Shown piece after piece: positions 61,731-64,000 of a stretch of 64,000 nucleotides of DNA (its first letter is position 1; each line of letters begins with the position of its first letter). Source of the DNA: Acidimicrobiales bacterium (GTDB taxonomy: Bacteria > Actinomycetota > Acidimicrobiia > Acidimicrobiales > DASWMK01); contig DASWMK010000057.1 of NCBI GenBank assembly GCA_036399815.1, positions 1,226-65,225 on the forward strand. Reading direction: 5' to 3'. The translations under genes were made by a program, and so were the position numbers. Below the pieces are notes generated by a model. The model searched no databases and had not been told where the DNA came from. It saw nothing but the letters and a program-made list of their open reading frames with translations.

Positions 61731-64000
61731 GTGAGCACCGGGGCCGCCCTCGCCGACATCCTCGCCGTCCTCCTCGCCGCCAAGCTGGCGGCCGAGGGGG
61801 CGGAGCGGCTCGGCGTGCCGGCCGTGGTCGGGGAGATCCTGGCCGGCCTCGTCGTCGGCCCGTCGGTCCTCGGGCTGGTCGAGCCGAGCGACGTGCTCGC
61901 CGTGCTGGCCGAGCTGGGCGTGATCCTCCTCCTGCTCGAGGTCGGCCTCCAGACCGACCCGGCCGAGCTGGGCGCGGTCGGGGGCCGCTCGCTGTCGGTG
62001 GCCGGCGTCGGCGTGGCCCTGCCGTTCGCCCTCGGCTACGGCGCCGTCGCCGCCATGGGGGAGGGGGGCTCGGCGGCCCTGTTCACCGGGGCGGCGCTGA
62101 CGGCGACCAGCGTCGGCATCACCGCCCGGGTCTTCGCCGACCTGCGGGCGCTGGCGACCCCCGAGGCGAGGACCGTGCTCGGCGCGGCCGTGGCCGACGA
62201 CGTGATCGGCCTCGTCCTCCTCACCGTCGTCGTCCGGGCCGTGACCGAGGGGTCGGTGTCGGCCGGCTCGGTGGCCGCCCTCGTCGCCGCCGCCCTCGCC
62301 TTCCTCGTCGTCGCCGGGGCGGCCGGGCTGCGGCTGGCCCCGCCGCTGTTCGACCGGGTCGACCGGGTGGCCCGCTCGGCGGGGACGATGGTGGCGCTCG
62401 CGCTCGCGTTCACCCTGGCCGTGGCCGAGCTGGCGTCGGTCGCCCGGCTCGCGCCCATCGTCGGCGCGTTCGTCGCCGGGCTGGCGCTCGGGCGCAGCCG
62501 CCAGGCCGACCGCATCGGGCGGGAGCTGGCGCCGGTCGGCCACCTGCTCGTGCCCGTGTTCTTCCTCCAGATCGGCATCGAGACCGAGGTCGCCGCCTTC
62601 GCCCGCCCGGCCGTGCTGGCCACCGCCGGCGTGCTCGTCGCCGTCGCCGTCGCCGGCAAGGTGGCGTCGGGGTGGGCGATGCGGGGCTCGGCCGGGGACC
62701 GGCTGCTCGTCGGCCTGGCCATGGTCCCGAGGGGCGAGGTGGGGCTGATCTTCGCGGCGATCGGGCTGCGGGACGGCGTGCTCGACCAGGACCTGTACGC
62801 CGGGCTGCTCCTCGTCGTGCTGGCCACGACCCTGGCGACGCCGCCCCTCCTCCGCGCCCGCCTCCGGCGCCTGCGGGCGACGGTGCCCGCCCCGGCCGCC
62901 GCCGGACCGGAGCCGGCGGGCGGCTGGCTGCGGACCGCGGGCGGGGTCGTGGACCTGGCCGGCGGGCGTCCCCCGGCCCACCGGGCGCTCGACCTCGCGC
63001 TCGACGCCGCGGTGGCCGTGCGCGACGCCGCCCCCGGCCCCGCGCTCCTCGACTGGCTGGGCGAGGCCGCCGGCGCCCCGCTGCGCTGGGACCGCCGGGC
63101 GACGGCCGCCCTCCTCCGGGTCCTGCGGGAGGGCACGCCCCGCTCGTGGCGGTTCCTCGAGACGACCGGCGTGCTCGACCGGGCGCTGCCCGAGCTGGCC
63201 GAGGCCGTCCGCCGCCGCCGGGCCGATCCCTTCGACCTCGACCCGGCCGGCGCCCTGCGGTGGCGGGTGGTCGAGGCGCTGCACGACCGCGTCGCCGACG
63301 ACCGTCACGCGGCCGCCGAGTACGCCCGCCTGGCGCACCCCGAGTGGCTGCTGCTCGCCGCGCTGCTCGTCGAGGCGGCCGGCGACGAGCCGCCGGTGGC
63401 GCTGGCCCGCCGCCTGGCCCACCGCCTGGACGTGGGCGCCGTCGCCGAGCAGGAGCTGGCCCTCCTCGTCGCGGCCACGGGCCTGCTGCGGTCGGCGGCG
63501 GCCAGGGGCCCGACCGAGGACGTCGTCCTCCCGCTCGCCGCCCACCTCGACACGCCCGAGCGGGCCCGGGCCCTGTTCCTGCTCGCGCTCGCCGTCGCGG
63601 GGGACGACCGGCTGGAGGCCGCCCGCCTCCGGGACGCGCACGACGCCGTGCAGGCGGCGCTGGCCCACCCCGAGCTGACCGGCCGGGCGGCGCGCAACCT
63701 CGTCGGCCGCCGCCGGGCCGAGGTGGCCCGCCTGGTGAACGGCGACGCCGGGGTGGCGGCCCGGCTGGCGGCCGCGCCCAGGGCCCACGTGCTCGCCACC
63801 GACGCCGCCGCCCTGGCCCGCCAGGCCCGGCTGCTGGAGCCGCCGCCCCGGCCGGGCGAGGCGCGGGCGGCGGTGGCCGACCACGGCACGGGCTGGGTGG
63901 TCGACGTCGCCGCCCGGGACTTCCCCGGCCTGCTCGCCACCGCCGCCGGCGCGCTGGCGGCGCTCGGCCACCACGCCACGCGGGTGACGGCCGGGACGTG
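61731..64000 (+). CDS. fusion protein: CPA2-type cation/proton antiporter (N-terminal) + degenerate GlnD-like HD region and ACT domain (C-terminal); 3' end beyond window
   Basis: Not in the ORF track because there is no stop inside the window. My translation from GTG 61731 is VSTGAALADILAVLLAAKLAAEGAERLGVPAVVGEILAGLVVGPSVLG...MVPRGEVGLIFAAIG...LLRARLRRLRA, which is antiporter. It continues in the same frame with ...WRFLETTGVLDRALPELAEAV...HPEWLLLAALLVEAAGD...DTPERARALFLLALAV...GTGWVVDVAARDFPGLLATAAGALAALG, which is GlnD-like. I checked frame continuity codon by codon at the junction, 62820..62940. Confidence 0.75.
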   Translation, partial: MSTGAALADILAVLLAAKLAAEGAERLGVPAVVGEILAGLVVGPSVLGLVEPSDVLAVLAELGVILLLLEVGLQTDPAELGAVGGRSLSVAGVGVALPFALGYGAVAAMGEGGSAALFTGAALTATSVGITARVFADLRALATPEARTVLGAAVADDVIGLVLLTVVVRAVTEGSVSAGSVAALVAAALAFLVVAGAAGLRLAPPLFDRVDRVARSAGTMVALALAFTLAVAELASVARLAPIVGAFVAGLALGRSRQADRIGRELAPVGHLLVPVFFLQIGIETEVAAFARPAVLATAGVLVAVAVAGKVASGWAMRGSAGDRLLVGLAMVPRGEVGLIFAAIGLRDGVLDQDLYAGLLLVVLATTLATPPLLRARLRRLRATVPAPAAAGPEPAGGWLRTAGGVVDLAGGRPPAHRALDLALDAAVAVRDAAPGPALLDWLGEAAGAPLRWDRRATAALLRVLREGTPRSWRFLETTGVLDRALPELAEAVRRRRADPFDLDPAGALRWRVVEALHDRVADDRHAAAEYARLAHPEWLLLAALLVEAAGDEPPVALARRLAHRLDVGAVAEQELALLVAATGLLRSAAARGPTEDVVLPLAAHLDTPERARALFLLALAVAGDDRLEAARLRDAHDAVQAALAHPELTGRAARNLVGRRRAEVARLVNGDAGVAARLAAAPRAHVLATDAAALARQARLLEPPPRPGEARAAVADHGTGWVVDVAARDFPGLLATAAGALAALGHHATRVTAGT

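Overview
Very GC-rich actinobacterial chromosome segment covering the replication-origin neighbourhood. I cannot assign a class or genus from the sequence alone. Gene order closely follows the Mycobacterium tuberculosis ori region as I recall it.

Layout:
- Minus strand, reading leftwards: dnaA, dnaN, recF, DUF721/dciA, gyrB, gyrA, a TadE-like/M15 peptidase, a DUF3566 protein, tRNA-Ile.
- Plus strand, divergent from dnaA: rpmH, rnpA, yidD, yidC, jag, rsmG, an 840-bp spacer with five parS sites, parA, parB.
- Next block: cwlM, trxA, trxB, a membrane protein, an anti-sigma factor, an ECF sigma factor, a Ser/Thr kinase, DegV, an Rv3909-like protein, a GNAT divergent from an HDAC-type deacetylase, pilT-like, cca, a methyltransferase and an EEP nuclease/phosphatase.
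- Then: ino1-padR, an Rv0049-like protein, ponA, panB-DUF192, and rpsF-ssb-rpsR-rplI-dnaB.
- From about 42.7 kb the content is less conserved: hypothetical proteins, an EamA transporter, a two-component system, SDRs, a coiled-coil M15 peptidase, a secreted aromatic-rich protein, a serine hydrolase, tRNA-Gly, an acyltransferase-SGNH protein, a membrane Fe-S reductase, a cNMP-binding protein, and a winged-helix regulator followed by amtB.

No CRISPR array, rRNA, transposase, integrase or phage gene was seen. Many adjacent genes overlap by 1-4 nt (GTGA/ATGA), which suggests translational coupling. Most of the very long ORFs in the six-frame track are Arg/Gly/Pro/Ala-rich GC artefacts antisense to real genes.

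Most interesting observations:
1. amtB is followed not by glnK-glnD but by one continuous frame that fuses a CPA2 cation/proton antiporter to a degenerate GlnD-like HD/ACT module. It runs off the right edge of the window.
2. The parS array appears to have arisen by repeated tandem duplication of the rsmG 3' end together with its parS.
3. Ribosomal protein S18 carries a (Gly-Asp-Arg)x9 tail.
4. There are several unusual domain fusions or degenerate paralogs: TadE-like+M15, a His-box-less PilT, and an active kinase with a discoidin-like ectodomain where mycobacteria have MurJ-pseudokinase.

Nothing here looks like a classical defence or mobile island. All family assignments come from motif recognition by eye, not database searches.
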